A stretch of 64,000 nt of DNA from an uncultured Verrucomicrobiae bacterium (GTDB taxonomy: Bacteria; Verrucomicrobiota; Verrucomicrobiia; Limisphaerales; UBA11358), in the NCBI GenBank assembly GCA_963835625.1, contig CAWIGO010000011.1:2174-66173 (forward strand), read 5' to 3'. Made by a program: the position numbers and the translations under genes. The notes beneath the pieces were generated by a model. The model was not told the origin of the DNA, ran no database searches, and saw nothing but the letters and a program-made list of their open reading frames with translations. Shown piece by piece: positions 35,793 to 46,381 of the stretch (position 1 is its first letter; every line of letters begins with the position of its first letter).

Positions 35793-36629
35793 ATGAACAT
35801 TCTCGATAAAATCGTTGAGCAGAAGAAACGCGAGGTCGCGCAACTGCCCGCGCGCCCCATCGCGGCGGGCGATTTGCGCGACGCTCTGCTCGAACGCGAT
35901 GAGCGCCGCGATTTTCTGGCTGCCTTGCGCCAGCCCCGACACGAGTGTCGGGGTGACATCGCCCTGATTGCCGAGGTCAAAAAGGCTTCACCATCCGCCG
36001 GTGTTATTTGCAAGGATTTCGACCCCGTCCGCATTGCGCAGGAATATGAAGCGGCAGGCGCGAGTTGCCTTTCGGTTCTAACCGATGGAAAGTTTTTTCA
36101 AGGCTCGCTTGATTATCTCCGGCAAATTCGCGCGGCGGTGAAGCTGCCGCTGCTCCGCAAGGATTTCATCATTGATGAACGGCAGATTCTTGAAGCCGTT
36201 GAATGGGGTGCGGATGCGATTCTGCTCATCGTCGCAATTTTGAGCGACGAGCAATTGGCCAAATTCCATTCGCTCGCGATAGAAGCCGGCCTGGCCGCGT
36301 TGGTGGAGGTTCACGATGAAGCCGAATTGGATCGCGTGGTGAAAATTGGCGCGAGTCTCATCGGTGTCAACAACCGCGACCTGAAAAATTTCGAAGTGGA
36401 TTTGGCGACAACGGAGCGGCTGGCGGCGAAATTAAAAAGTGGAACAGGCTTCCAGCCTGTTTCTGACAGGCAGGATGCCTGTCCCACCTTGCTGGTTGCG
36501 GAAAGCGGCATCCACACGCGGGCGGACGTGGAACGGTTGAAGAAATGCGGCGCTGGCGCGATCCTCGTTGGTGAATCACTGCTGCGCGACGGCAGCATTC
36601 AATCCAAAATCCGAGAGTTGATTGGCTGA
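35793..36629 (+). CDS. trpC: Indole-3-glycerol phosphate synthase
   Basis: Motifs IAEVKKASPS, LRKDFIID, VNNRDL, VAESGI. Carries an in-frame hairpin-pair insertion. Confidence 0.93.
   Translation: MNILDKIVEQKKREVAQLPARPIAAGDLRDALLERDERRDFLAALRQPRHECRGDIALIAEVKKASPSAGVICKDFDPVRIAQEYEAAGASCLSVLTDGKFFQGSLDYLRQIRAAVKLPLLRKDFIIDERQILEAVEWGADAILLIVAILSDEQLAKFHSLAIEAGLAALVEVHDEAELDRVVKIGASLIGVNNRDLKNFEVDLATTERLAAKLKSGTGFQPVSDRQDACPTLLVAESGIHTRADVERLKKCGAGAILVGESLLRDGSIQSKIRELIG
36442..36488. repeat. Double-hairpin element embedded in frame in trpC
   Basis: AACAGGC-TTCCA-GCCTGTT then GACAGGCA-GGA-TGCCTGTC. Encodes SGTGFQPVSDRQDACPT at a loop that is only a few residues long in textbook TrpC sequences. 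Confidence 0.7.
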
Positions 36630-36634
36630 ATTGA

Positions 36635-36704
36635 TAGGGACGCGCGGCCCGCGCGTCCGCTGGGAGGCGGAACTTCCGCCGGTCGCCTCGGCGAGGCGAC
36701 CCCT
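36635..36704. repeat. Decayed REP-like element, copy D (three hairpins) between convergent trpC and pdxA
   Basis: TAGGGACGCGCGGCCCGCGCGTCC, GGCGGAACTTCCGCC and GGTCGCCTCGGCGAGGCGACC. First and last hairpins are homologous to copies B and A, with compensatory stem changes. Confidence 0.75.
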
Positions 36705-36707
36705 TGA

Positions 36708-37691
36708 TTATTTTGCCAATTGCTTCGCCAATCGAATCGCCGCAATCATGCTCGATGGATTGGCGGTTCCTTTCCCCGCGATGTCGTAAGCCGTGCCGTG
36801 GTCAGGCGAAGTGCGGATGAACGGCAGGCCAAGCGTCCAGTTCACGCCGGTGTCAAAGGCGACGGCTTTCAGCGGCGCAAGTCCCTGGTCGTGATACATC
36901 GCGACGACGGCGTCAAAATCCCCGCGCAAGGCGTAATGAAAAACCGTGTCGCCACTCAACGGGCCAATAACATCGAGTCCACGTTTTCGAGCGGCGAGAA
37001 CCGCCGGTGTGATGGTTTTGATTTCCTCGTCACCGAATTCACCGCCTTCGCCTGCATGTGGATTCAAACCGCAAATAGCAACGCGCGCGCGCGGCAATTT
37101 CAAGTCGTGGCAGGCTTGCGTGGCGAGTTCGATGGCGTGTGTGATTTTTTCGGGCGTAATTTTTTCGGAAACCAATTTCAATGGCACGTGTGTTGTGGCC
37201 AGCGCGACGCGCAGCCAATGTCCACGTTCATCGTAACCGAGCAGCATCATCGCAGTGCGTTTCGTGCCGGCGAGAGTGGAGAGAAATTCGGTCTGGCCGA
37301 CGAACTTGTGACCGGCGCGGATGATGGATTCCTTGTTGACGGGCGCGGTGACGAGCGCGTCGAGTTCGCGGCGCAGGCAACGTTCCGCGCCGTTGCGCAA
37401 AAAGGCCACTGCGGCGTTTGCGGCAACCGGTGAACCGGCAGGCAGATTTTCCGGCAATGGTTCGGCAAGCGGATTTGCGATGAAATTTTTTCCCGCGGCG
37501 CCATAGCCGGAAAATTTCTTGAGCGGCAGTTGGGTTCCCAATTTTTCGTTCAACCGGCGGGCGTAATTTTCATCGCCGATGAGCAAATAACGCGTGTCAT
37601 CGCTTGCGGCTTCAGCAGCAATGGCTTTGAGCGTGACTTCGGGGCCGATGCCGGTGACATCGCCGAGTGTGACACCAATCCAGGCGGTCAT
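36708..37691 (-). CDS. pdxA: 4-hydroxythreonine-4-phosphate dehydrogenase
   Basis: 327 aa with motifs GDVTGIGPEV, HAGEGG, YHDQGL, IRTSPDHGTA. Confidence 0.93.
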   Translation of the reverse strand: MTAWIGVTLGDVTGIGPEVTLKAIAAEAASDDTRYLLIGDENYARRLNEKLGTQLPLKKFSGYGAAGKNFIANPLAEPLPENLPAGSPVAANAAVAFLRNGAERCLRRELDALVTAPVNKESIIRAGHKFVGQTEFLSTLAGTKRTAMMLLGYDERGHWLRVALATTHVPLKLVSEKITPEKITHAIELATQACHDLKLPRARVAICGLNPHAGEGGEFGDEEIKTITPAVLAARKRGLDVIGPLSGDTVFHYALRGDFDAVVAMYHDQGLAPLKAVAFDTGVNWTLGLPFIRTSPDHGTAYDIAGKGTANPSSMIAAIRLAKQLAK

Positions 37692-37751
37692 GAAAACTCA
37701 CTCACTCTTGACCCGCGGCAGACGAATTCTTTTTTGGGTCGGATTCACGTT

Positions 37752-38738
37752 CTAAGGGAATTTCAGGATGAATGTTTTCTGTTTCAGGCGGTTAATCCAC
37801 TGTTCTTCGAGCTGTTTCTGTTGTTGCGCGCGAAGGGTCGCCTCAATTTCGTCGCGCACTTCATCGAGCGGCCTGACGTGCGTAGGACGTTTTTGCTCAA
37901 CGAGCATGAGGTAGCAGGCCTCGGGCGTTTCGATCACGTCGCTGACCTGGCCGGGCTTGAGCGCGAAGGCGACGTCAGCAAGTTCCTTGCGGAGCACGGA
38001 GCGCTCGACCCAGCCCCAGTCGCCACCTTGCTTTTGCTGCGAACCTTCCGAATTAACGGAGGCCATTTCCTGGAACGTCGCGCCTTCCTTGATTTGGGTC
38101 AGGATTTCGCCGGCCCGATCCGGCGTGTTGGTGTCGTCGGCGGAGGCTTTGTTGAGCACGATCATGCGAAGTTTGATTTCATCCTCGACTTTGAAATCGT
38201 CCTGGTGTGCGAGGTAGTAGGTTTCAACCTTGTAGGGCGAGATGATGGTTTTTCCCGGTGAAATATTTTTGGCGCGCAACGCGGAAACGATGTATTGCTC
38301 ACGCACCTCCTGGCGGAATTTTTCGAACGTCATTCCCTGCGCCTGAAGTGTTTTCATCAGCGTGATGCGGTCGCCGAACCGCTCGCGGATGCGTTCTTGG
38401 ACCAGTTCGTCTACAGCGGCGTCGGGCAGCCTGTAGCCCTCCGCGTCAAAGTCGTGCAGAATCAACTGCCGCTCAACCAATTGTTCCAGACCGTCATTGA
38501 ACACGTCGGTTGCTTTTTGTTCAAAAACGTTCGATACATTCCCTTGATGGGCGTATTCCCGGCGCAATGCGTCAATTGCCGGTGCAACGAAGTCCTCGAC
38601 CTGCCCGCGCGTGATGACCGCATCATTGACAACAGCAAGAATGCCATCCGCCAACTCTGCTTGCAGCGGCAGGCTGAAACAGAATGTCGTCAACAAAACC
38701 GGAATGAAATGGACGAACTTCACCGAATTTTTGGGCAT
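37752..38738 (-). CDS. surA: SurA-like periplasmic chaperone / peptidylprolyl isomerase (PpiC-type)
   Basis: Signal peptide after the internal Met MPKNSVKFVHFIPVLLTTFCFSLPLQA. Parvulin-type domain (GGDWGWVERSVLRKELADVAFALKPGQVSDVIE). Conserved surA-pdxA adjacency. Confidence 0.8.
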   Translation of the reverse strand: MPKNSVKFVHFIPVLLTTFCFSLPLQAELADGILAVVNDAVITRGQVEDFVAPAIDALRREYAHQGNVSNVFEQKATDVFNDGLEQLVERQLILHDFDAEGYRLPDAAVDELVQERIRERFGDRITLMKTLQAQGMTFEKFRQEVREQYIVSALRAKNISPGKTIISPYKVETYYLAHQDDFKVEDEIKLRMIVLNKASADDTNTPDRAGEILTQIKEGATFQEMASVNSEGSQQKQGGDWGWVERSVLRKELADVAFALKPGQVSDVIETPEACYLMLVEQKRPTHVRPLDEVRDEIEATLRAQQQKQLEEQWINRLKQKTFILKFP

Positions 38739-38852
38739 ACTAACAGCAGCCACTAATGGGTCAAGCACCCTAACCGCTCATGGACTGACACGATTCAGTC
38801 AATACATCAGCGCTATCGGAACTACTGCAATACCGATGGTTGTTGCGGCGTA

Positions 38853-40430
38853 TCAATGCACTTCCGCTGCTCTAATTGGCACGTGCTTGATCCGTTTGAA
38901 CAGGAAAATCAGCGGGATGCAGCACAGCAGCATCAACCCGAATACCCGAAAAGCGTCCACAAATGCCCACAAATGCGCCTGTGCATTCAGTGTCGTGTAA
39001 ATCAGAGCATAAGCCTGGTGCATGGCCGTCACAGGGTCGCTGTGCCGGGCGAGCATGGCTTGCGCCGCGTGCAGTTGCCGCGTGAACGCCGGGTCGGTCG
39101 GCGTCAAGTGTCCGACCATGAGCGCCTGATGCGCCTGTGAGCCGCGCGCAATCATGGTGGTGACAAAGGCGATGCCGATGCTGCCGCCGATGTTGATCAT
39201 GAGATTGTAAAGGCCGGTGGCGCTGCCGATTTGCCGCTGGCGCAACTGGCTCATCGTCGCCATCGTCAACGGCACGAAAATAAAACTGGTGGCTACGCCG
39301 TTCAGCACGGTCGGTAAAATGACACTGGCCATGCTCACCTGGAGATTGAGGTTGCTCAGCAGAAAGGCGGACAGGCTCAACATCGAAAAACCAAAGCACA
39401 ACAGCCAGCGCGAACGTATGCGCCCGACCAGCGCCTGCCCGACGATAAAGGTGGTGACGAATGCCGCGATGCCGCGCGGACTCATCGTGTAACCACTCTG
39501 TAACGCCGGATAACCCATCAGCGTTTGCAGAAACAATGGCAACTCCGCCGTCGTGCCGTAAAGCATGATGCCCACCGCCGCTATCAACATCAGGCCGACG
39601 GCAAAATTCCGGCTCTTGAGAATCCGCAAGTCCACCAGCGGATGCTCCACCTTGAATTCCCATACGATAAACGCGACCATGGAAACAGCCGAAATGCCCA
39701 CAAACCACCGTATCCATTCCGAACCGAACCAGTCGGCTTCCTGCCCCTTGTCCAGCGTGATTTGCAATGTCGCCAGCCAGACCGCCAGCAATCCGAACCC
39801 GACAAAATCAATCGCCGCCTTCAGGTTGCGCTTGATGTAGGGCGGATCTTCCACGAGCCACTCCGCCAGGAACATTGCCAGGATGCCGACCGGCAGGTTG
39901 ATGTAAAAAATCCAGCGCCACGAATAATTGTCCGTGATCCAGCCGCCGAGCGTCGGGCCGATGATGGGCGCCACGATGATGGCCAGTGAAAACGTCGCCA
40001 TCGCCACGCCGCGTTTGGCGACCGGAAAACTCTCCAGCAAAATCGCCTGGGCGATGGGCACCATCGCGCCGCCGCCTGCGCCCTGCAAAATGCGCGCCGC
40101 AATCAGCATTGGCAGGTTCAGCGCCGCGCCGCACAACGCCGACGCGAAGATGAACATCCCGATGCAGGAAATGAACACCCGTTTCCGGCCGAAATGATTT
40201 CCCAGCCAGCCGGTCATCGGCAGGATGATGGCGTTCGATACGAGATAGCTCGTCAATACCCACGTCGCCTCGTCGGTCGTGGCCGAAAGGCTGCCGGCGA
40301 TATGCGGCAGCGCGATGTTGGCGATGGAAGTGTCGAGCACCTGCATGAACGTCGCCAGCATCACGCCCAGCGCGACGAGCCACGGGCTGTGACGTGGATG
40401 CCAGTCTTCGTGATGCGCGCCGTCAGGCAT
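38853..40430 (-). CDS. emrB: DHA2 family (EmrB/QacA) MFS multidrug efflux permease, 14-TM type
   Basis: 525 aa with motifs LDTSIANIALPHI and GWLGNHFGRKR. Confidence 0.88.
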   Translation of the reverse strand: MPDGAHHEDWHPRHSPWLVALGVMLATFMQVLDTSIANIALPHIAGSLSATTDEATWVLTSYLVSNAIILPMTGWLGNHFGRKRVFISCIGMFIFASALCGAALNLPMLIAARILQGAGGGAMVPIAQAILLESFPVAKRGVAMATFSLAIIVAPIIGPTLGGWITDNYSWRWIFYINLPVGILAMFLAEWLVEDPPYIKRNLKAAIDFVGFGLLAVWLATLQITLDKGQEADWFGSEWIRWFVGISAVSMVAFIVWEFKVEHPLVDLRILKSRNFAVGLMLIAAVGIMLYGTTAELPLFLQTLMGYPALQSGYTMSPRGIAAFVTTFIVGQALVGRIRSRWLLCFGFSMLSLSAFLLSNLNLQVSMASVILPTVLNGVATSFIFVPLTMATMSQLRQRQIGSATGLYNLMINIGGSIGIAFVTTMIARGSQAHQALMVGHLTPTDPAFTRQLHAAQAMLARHSDPVTAMHQAYALIYTTLNAQAHLWAFVDAFRVFGLMLLCCIPLIFLFKRIKHVPIRAAEVH

Positions 40431-40503
40431 GGATTAAAAAATTAAAAATGAAAAAGGGGAAAAAGCCGCGTGCGCCGGATGATTTTTTTGCCTTTTGAAT
40501 TTT

Positions 40504-41730
40504 TCATTGTGGAGCGGCGCGATTCATTTTCCGGCGCAAAACAAATCGAAAAACAAATGCCGCCGTGCACGCCAAAACCATTGCCAGCAAACCAATCGCC
40601 CAGCCGGGAATTTCAAAACCGCTGACGCGCACACTGGGCGTAACGGAAAGACCGGGGCCAATCGTGTGGTCGGCGGGCAGCGGTTCATCGAAGACAATTT
40701 TTACCGGCACGCGCTGGACTACTTTCACGTAATTGCCCGTCGCGTTTTCCGGCGGCAATAGGCTGAAGGCCGCACCGCTGCCGGCCTGTACGCTGTCCAC
40801 GTGCGCGCGAAATGACCGACCCAGCGCGTCAATGTCCACCAGCACCAGCTGGCTGGGCTTCATTTTTTTCAACTGTGATTCCTTGAAATTGGCCACAACC
40901 CAGATGTCTGTCGGCACGATGGACATCAATTGCTGTCCCACCTGAACGTAATTGCCCGACTCGACGGCCTTGCGTGTCACGCGACCATTGCACGACGCGA
41001 AAATTTTCGTATAGGAAAGGTCCAGTTGCGCCGACTGCACGGCGGTCTGCGCCTGCCGGAACAGCGCGAGCGCCATGCCGACGGAGGCTTCGGTCGCCGT
41101 TTGGGTCGCCTTGGCTTCGTTGATTCTCGATGTGTCGGCAATGGTTTTTTGTTTCGCGGCGGCCAGATTCGCGTCCGCCTCCGTGATCGCGGCCTGCGCG
41201 GCGTCAAATTCCTGCGCCGAAATGGTGTTCTGTTTCCGCAACTCCTGGCTGCGCTGAAAATCCGCCTGTGCGCGCACATCGGTGGCTTGGGCCGCGTCGG
41301 CGTCGGCTTTCGATTGGTCAGCGGTGGCTTCGGCGGTGGCCACTTTCACGGTCATCAAATCGAGCGCGGCGAGCATCGTCTTGTAGTTGGCTTCCGCGGC
41401 GTCGGCGGACGATTGTTTCTGCGCGGCGGCCGTCGAGTAATCCGCCGGGTCAATCTCAACGAGCAAATCGTTCGAGCGGACCATTTCGTTGTCGAGCACG
41501 TGAACGGTAGAAACCTGTCCGGCGACTCGCGGCGCAATGGACACAACATGCGCGGCAATAAAAGCGTCGTCGGTGGATTCGTGCGTGAACGCGGTGACCA
41601 GATAATCCAGCCCAAAAAACAACAGCACGGCGAGCACGCCGGTTGCGGGCCAGATGAACCACGGTGAATTAAATTTCGCCAACTTCGCGCCATTCACCAC
41701 CGGCGCGGCGGCTGGTTTGTTTTCGTTCAT
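40504..41730 (-). CDS. emrA: HlyD/EmrA family membrane fusion protein
   Basis: N-terminal TM, long coiled-coil, C-terminal beta-barrel pattern (GNYVKVVQRVPVKI). Confidence 0.85.
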   Translation of the reverse strand: MNENKPAAAPVVNGAKLAKFNSPWFIWPATGVLAVLLFFGLDYLVTAFTHESTDDAFIAAHVVSIAPRVAGQVSTVHVLDNEMVRSNDLLVEIDPADYSTAAAQKQSSADAAEANYKTMLAALDLMTVKVATAEATADQSKADADAAQATDVRAQADFQRSQELRKQNTISAQEFDAAQAAITEADANLAAAKQKTIADTSRINEAKATQTATEASVGMALALFRQAQTAVQSAQLDLSYTKIFASCNGRVTRKAVESGNYVQVGQQLMSIVPTDIWVVANFKESQLKKMKPSQLVLVDIDALGRSFRAHVDSVQAGSGAAFSLLPPENATGNYVKVVQRVPVKIVFDEPLPADHTIGPGLSVTPSVRVSGFEIPGWAIGLLAMVLACTAAFVFRFVLRRKMNRAAPQ

Positions 41731-41762
41731 AACTTCAATGTCTTCTCAATTAAAATAGGACG

Positions 41763-43199
41763 TTAATGTTGTTGCGGCGAGTATTCCCGCCAACCGCCGC
41801 CGAGCGCCTGGTAAAGGTTGATCAGATTGGACAATCGGGAAAATTGGAATTGAATGAGATTTTCCTGCGCCTGGTAGAGGTCCTGCTGCGCGGAAAGGAC
41901 GTTGAGATAACTGTCCACGCCCTGACGGAAACGCGCTTCGGCCAGTTCATAACGCCGTTGCTCGGCGTTAACGAGGGCTTCCCCGGCGTCAATCTGCACT
42001 TCCGCCGTCGCCCGCGCCGCCAAGGCGTCGGAAACTTCCCGGAAGGCGGTCTGAATGGATTTTTCATAATTCGCGACTTCAATCAGTTTGCCGATCTTGG
42101 CCGCGTCCAGATTGGCGAGGTTTCTCCCCGCCGTGAAAATGGGCAGCGTGATTTGCGGCGAAAACATCCACGTGCCGGAACCGGGGGCGAACAGGTTGTC
42201 AAGTTGCGAACTGGCGGTGCCGGCCGAGGCGGTAAGGGTGATGGTGGGGAAAAACGCGGCCCGCGCCGCGCCGATGCTGGCGTTGGCGGCCTTGAGTTGA
42301 TGTTCGGCTTCGAGAATGTCCGGGCGGCGCTGCAACAGATCGGACGGAAGCCCCGCCGGCACGTCGGACAAACAATCCAGGGAATTCAGCGGCTGCGGCG
42401 GCGGAAGGTCCTTCGGCAGCGGCTGCCCCACCAGCAACACCAGGTCGTCTTCCGCCTCGGCCAGTTGTTGTTCGTAAGCCGCCACGTTCGACCGGGCGGT
42501 TTGCACCTGGCCCTCGGCGGTGCGCAAATCCAGCTCGGACACCACGCCGGCTTCGTAACTGCGTTTGGTCAATTCGTAGGATGCCCACACCGCCGTCAAC
42601 GTTTGCCGGGCCACGGCGAGTTGTCCGGTCACCGCGCGTTCCAGAAGATAGGCGTTGCCCACCTCGGCGACGAGCGCGATTTGGGCGCTCCGGCGGGCTT
42701 CCACGGTGGCAAAATAATTTTCCAGCGCCTCGGCCTTGAGGCTGCGCACACGACCGAACAAATCGAGTTCATAGGAAGTCGTGCCGAGGCTGAGGCTGTA
42801 TTGGCTGGCGGTCAGCGGCTTGCCGGTGCCGGATAAATCGCCCGGAAACCGCTGGCGCGTGCCGTTGCCGGTGGCGTCAATTTCTGGAAACAACGCCGCG
42901 CGCTGGATGCGATATTGCGCGCGGGACTGTTCGACGTTCAACACGGCCACGCGCAGGTCGGGATTGTTGGTCAATGCCAGTTCAACAAGCCTCCGCAGGC
43001 GCGGATCGCGGAAGAACTCGCGCCAGCCGATGTCAGCGGCGGGGACGGCGGCGGCGTTGGTCTGGCTTTCGCTTTCTTCCGGAACCGGGGGCCAAGCCGG
43101 GGAAATCGCCGCGGGCGGGCGGTGATATTTCGGCGCGAGCGTGCAACCGGCCAAAGCCAGGATGAACAGGGCAATGATGGGCGAAAGATATTTGCTCAT
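41763..43199 (-). CDS. Efflux transporter outer membrane factor lipoprotein, NodT/OprM family
   Basis: Lipobox LALAGC, two OEP repeats, C-terminal LYQALGGGW motif. Start overlaps the RND pump stop. Confidence 0.9.
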   Translation of the reverse strand: MSKYLSPIIALFILALAGCTLAPKYHRPPAAISPAWPPVPEESESQTNAAAVPAADIGWREFFRDPRLRRLVELALTNNPDLRVAVLNVEQSRAQYRIQRAALFPEIDATGNGTRQRFPGDLSGTGKPLTASQYSLSLGTTSYELDLFGRVRSLKAEALENYFATVEARRSAQIALVAEVGNAYLLERAVTGQLAVARQTLTAVWASYELTKRSYEAGVVSELDLRTAEGQVQTARSNVAAYEQQLAEAEDDLVLLVGQPLPKDLPPPQPLNSLDCLSDVPAGLPSDLLQRRPDILEAEHQLKAANASIGAARAAFFPTITLTASAGTASSQLDNLFAPGSGTWMFSPQITLPIFTAGRNLANLDAAKIGKLIEVANYEKSIQTAFREVSDALAARATAEVQIDAGEALVNAEQRRYELAEARFRQGVDSYLNVLSAQQDLYQAQENLIQFQFSRLSNLINLYQALGGGWREYSPQQH

Positions 43200-46100
43200 G
43201 GCTGTCCTCGTTTGCCGTTCTCGTCGTCATCGGCTAGGCCGTCGGCTTGGGGCGCGAGCATGGTACGCGATGGTTTTTGGGTTTTGAACATCCGGCGGAC
43301 GACCACGAAGAACACCGGCACGAGGAAAACGGCCAGCACCGTGGCCGAAACCATGCCGCCCGCCACGCCAGTGCCGATGTCGTGCCGGCTGGCCGACCCG
43401 GCGCCGGTGCTCAACGCCAGCGGCATCACACCGAGGATGAACGCCAGCGACGTCATCAAAATCGGACGCAACCGCAAATGCGCGGCTTCCAGTGTGGCTT
43501 CAATCAAACCTTTGCCCTGCGCCTGGAGGTTCTTGGCGAATTCGATGATGAGGATGGCGTTTTTGGCGGACAGGCCGACGATGGTCAGCAGGCCGACTTT
43601 GAAAAACACGTCGTTGGGCAGGCCACGCAGGTTGGCGGCCAGCAAAGAGCCGAGGATGCCGAGCGGTACGACGAGAATCACCGCCACCGGAACGGACCAG
43701 TTTTCGTAAAGCGCGGCCAGCGCCAGAAACACCACGATGAGCGACAGCGCATAGAGCAGGGGCGCTTGTTTGGCCGACAAACGTTCCTCGAAGGACTGGC
43801 CGGTCCATTCGTAGCCAAAACCGGTGGGCAGTTTTTTTGCCAGATTTTCCATGGCGGTCATGGCTTCGCCCGTGCTCTTGCCCGGCGGCGCGGCGCCGAC
43901 CAGTTCAAGCGACGGGAGACCATTGAAATGCTGCAACTGCGGCGAGCCGTAAATCCAATGCACGGTGGCCAGGCTGGAAAGGGAAACCATCTGGCCGTTG
44001 TTGTTGCGCACATAGGCGTTGCCGACGTCCTGGGGCAACATGCGATACGGCGAGTCCAGTTGCGCGATGACCCGTTGCACGCGGTTGCCGTTCACGAAAT
44101 TGTTGATGTAATCCGAACCGAAATAGGTTTCGAGCGCCGTGTTCAAGTCCGCCAGCGAAACGCCCAGCGCGCTGGCTTTGGCCTGGTCAATGTCCACCTT
44201 GAGTTCGGGCGTGTCCTCCAATCCCTGAAAGCGCAACTGGACGATGTTGTTATTTGTCGCGGCCATCGCAAATAACTGGTCGCGCGCCTGCATGAGTTTT
44301 TCATGGCCCAAACCAGCTTGATCCTCCAGTTCAAAGTCAAAGCCTGACACGATGCCCAGTTCGTGAATCGGCGGGGGATTGATGGGGTAAATGATGGCGT
44401 CCTTGATGCGTCCCAGAGCCATGAAGGCGCGGCCGATGACCGCCTGCACCGTGTGTTGGGAACCGTGGCGCTGACGCCAGTCTTTCAAATGAACGAAGGC
44501 AATGGCGGCGTTTTGCCCCTGGCCGTTGAAACTGAAGCCGGCGACGTCAACCATGCCCGCCACTTCCGGTTGTTTCAAAATGTAGCCCTCGACCTGTTTA
44601 AGCACGTCCACCGTGCGTTCCAAGGTCGCGCCCACCGGCAACTGGACGCTGATCATGAAAAAGCCCTGGTCTTCATCAGGCAAAAAGGCCGAGGGCAAAC
44701 GGACATACAACCAGCCCACCGCCACGACAATCGCCAGATAAATAAAGAGATACCGCGGCGTTTTGTTGAGCATCCGGGCCACGAGGCCTTCATAGTTTTT
44801 CCGCGTGCTGGCAAAGCCGCGGTTGAACCAGCCGAAAAACCCCTTCTTTCGCAAATGATGCCCTTTTTCAACCGGCTTGAGCAGCGAGGCGCACAACGCC
44901 GGCGTCAGGGACATGGCCAGAAAGATGGAGAACAACATGCACGAAACCAGCGAGAGCGAGAACTGCCGGTAGATCGCCCCCACCGAGCCGCCAAAGAACG
45001 CCATCGGGATGAACACTGCCGTCAACACGAGCGCAATGCCGATGAGCGCGCCGGTGATCTGCCCCATCGCCTTGCGGGTCGCTTCGCGCGGCGGCAAGCC
45101 CTCCTCGCTCATGATGCGTTCCACGTTTTCCACCACCACGATGGCGTCGTCCACCAGTTCGCCCACGGCGAGCACCATGCCGAACATGGTCAGGACGTTG
45201 ATGGAAAAGCCGAGCGCATACATGATGGCAAACGTGCCCAGCAGCGCCACCGGTATGACGATGGTGGGAATGAAGGTCGTCCGGAAATTTTGCAGGAACA
45301 GAAAGATGATCAGGAACACCATCACGACGGCTTCCACCAGCGTCTTGACCACTTCCTGGATGGAAATGCGCACAAATTCAGAGCTGTCATAGGGATAATC
45401 CACGCGCACGCCCGGCGGGAAAAATTTGGAAAGCTCATCCAATTTTGCGTACACGGAGTTGGCAGTAGCGACGGCGTTGGCCGACGGGGCCAACCGGATG
45501 CCCACGGCGGCGGCGGGACGTCCATTCACCCGCGCCTGCACGGAATAATCCGAGCCGCCCAACTCGACCCGGGCAACGTCGCGCAAATACACGCGCGAAC
45601 CGTCGGGATTCACCCGCAGCAGGATGTCCTCGAATTGCTTGACCGTGCGCAGCGTACTTTGGCCTTGCAGGGTGATGTTGATTTCCTGTCCCTTCACCGA
45701 CGGGGCCGCGCCAAGTTGTCCGACTGGGACCTCCATGTTTTGAGCCTGAATGGCATTGATGACGTCGTTGGCAACAAGGCTGTAGCTTTCGAGCTTTTGA
45801 GGGTTCAGCCAGATGCGCATGGCGTATTCGGTGCCGAACAGGTCCGCTTCGCCCACGCCGGTGAGGCGGCGGATGGGATCGAGCACGCTCGACGAAATGT
45901 AATTGCCCAGCAGGATGGCGCTCGTGTCCTTGTTTGTGGACGAGAGCGTGAAAACCATCAGGAAGTTGCGGGTGGATTTGAGGACCGTGATGCCCTGTTG
46001 CTGGACTGTTTGGGGCAGGTTGGGGATGGCCAGTTGCAATTTGTTCTGCACCTGCACCTGCGCGATGTCCGGATCGGTGCCGGCCCGGAAATATAGCGTC

Positions 46101-46369
46101 ACGGTGGACTGGCCGCTCGCGCTGCTGCTGGATGACATGTAGAGCAGGTTGTCAATGCCATTCATCTGCTGCTCGATCACGGACGTGACCGTGTCCTGCA
46201 CCGTTTCCGCGGAAGCGCCCGCATACATGGCGTTGATGGCGATGGACGGCGGCGCGACGCTGGGATATTGGGCGACCGGCAGATGGGTGATGGCCAGACA
46301 CCCCGCCAGCATGATGAGCAGGGAAATCACCCAGGCAAAAATCGGGCGGTCTATGAAAAATTTCGGCAT
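43196..46369 (-). CDS. RND (HAE1) multidrug efflux permease, AcrB/MexB-like
   Basis: 1057 aa with N-terminal [11 protein letters not shown]. Typical AcrB length and motifs. Confidence 0.95.
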   Translation of the reverse strand: MPKFFIDRPIFAWVISLLIMLAGCLAITHLPVAQYPSVAPPSIAINAMYAGASAETVQDTVTSVIEQQMNGIDNLLYMSSSSSASGQSTVTLYFRAGTDPDIAQVQVQNKLQLAIPNLPQTVQQQGITVLKSTRNFLMVFTLSSTNKDTSAILLGNYISSSVLDPIRRLTGVGEADLFGTEYAMRIWLNPQKLESYSLVANDVINAIQAQNMEVPVGQLGAAPSVKGQEINITLQGQSTLRTVKQFEDILLRVNPDGSRVYLRDVARVELGGSDYSVQARVNGRPAAAVGIRLAPSANAVATANSVYAKLDELSKFFPPGVRVDYPYDSSEFVRISIQEVVKTLVEAVVMVFLIIFLFLQNFRTTFIPTIVIPVALLGTFAIMYALGFSINVLTMFGMVLAVGELVDDAIVVVENVERIMSEEGLPPREATRKAMGQITGALIGIALVLTAVFIPMAFFGGSVGAIYRQFSLSLVSCMLFSIFLAMSLTPALCASLLKPVEKGHHLRKKGFFGWFNRGFASTRKNYEGLVARMLNKTPRYLFIYLAIVVAVGWLYVRLPSAFLPDEDQGFFMISVQLPVGATLERTVDVLKQVEGYILKQPEVAGMVDVAGFSFNGQGQNAAIAFVHLKDWRQRHGSQHTVQAVIGRAFMALGRIKDAIIYPINPPPIHELGIVSGFDFELEDQAGLGHEKLMQARDQLFAMAATNNNIVQLRFQGLEDTPELKVDIDQAKASALGVSLADLNTALETYFGSDYINNFVNGNRVQRVIAQLDSPYRMLPQDVGNAYVRNNNGQMVSLSSLATVHWIYGSPQLQHFNGLPSLELVGAAPPGKSTGEAMTAMENLAKKLPTGFGYEWTGQSFEERLSAKQAPLLYALSLIVVFLALAALYENWSVPVAVILVVPLGILGSLLAANLRGLPNDVFFKVGLLTIVGLSAKNAILIIEFAKNLQAQGKGLIEATLEAAHLRLRPILMTSLAFILGVMPLALSTGAGSASRHDIGTGVAGGMVSATVLAVFLVPVFFVVVRRMFKTQKPSRTMLAPQADGLADDDENGKRGQP

Positions 46370-46381
46370 GGCGATGTCCAG

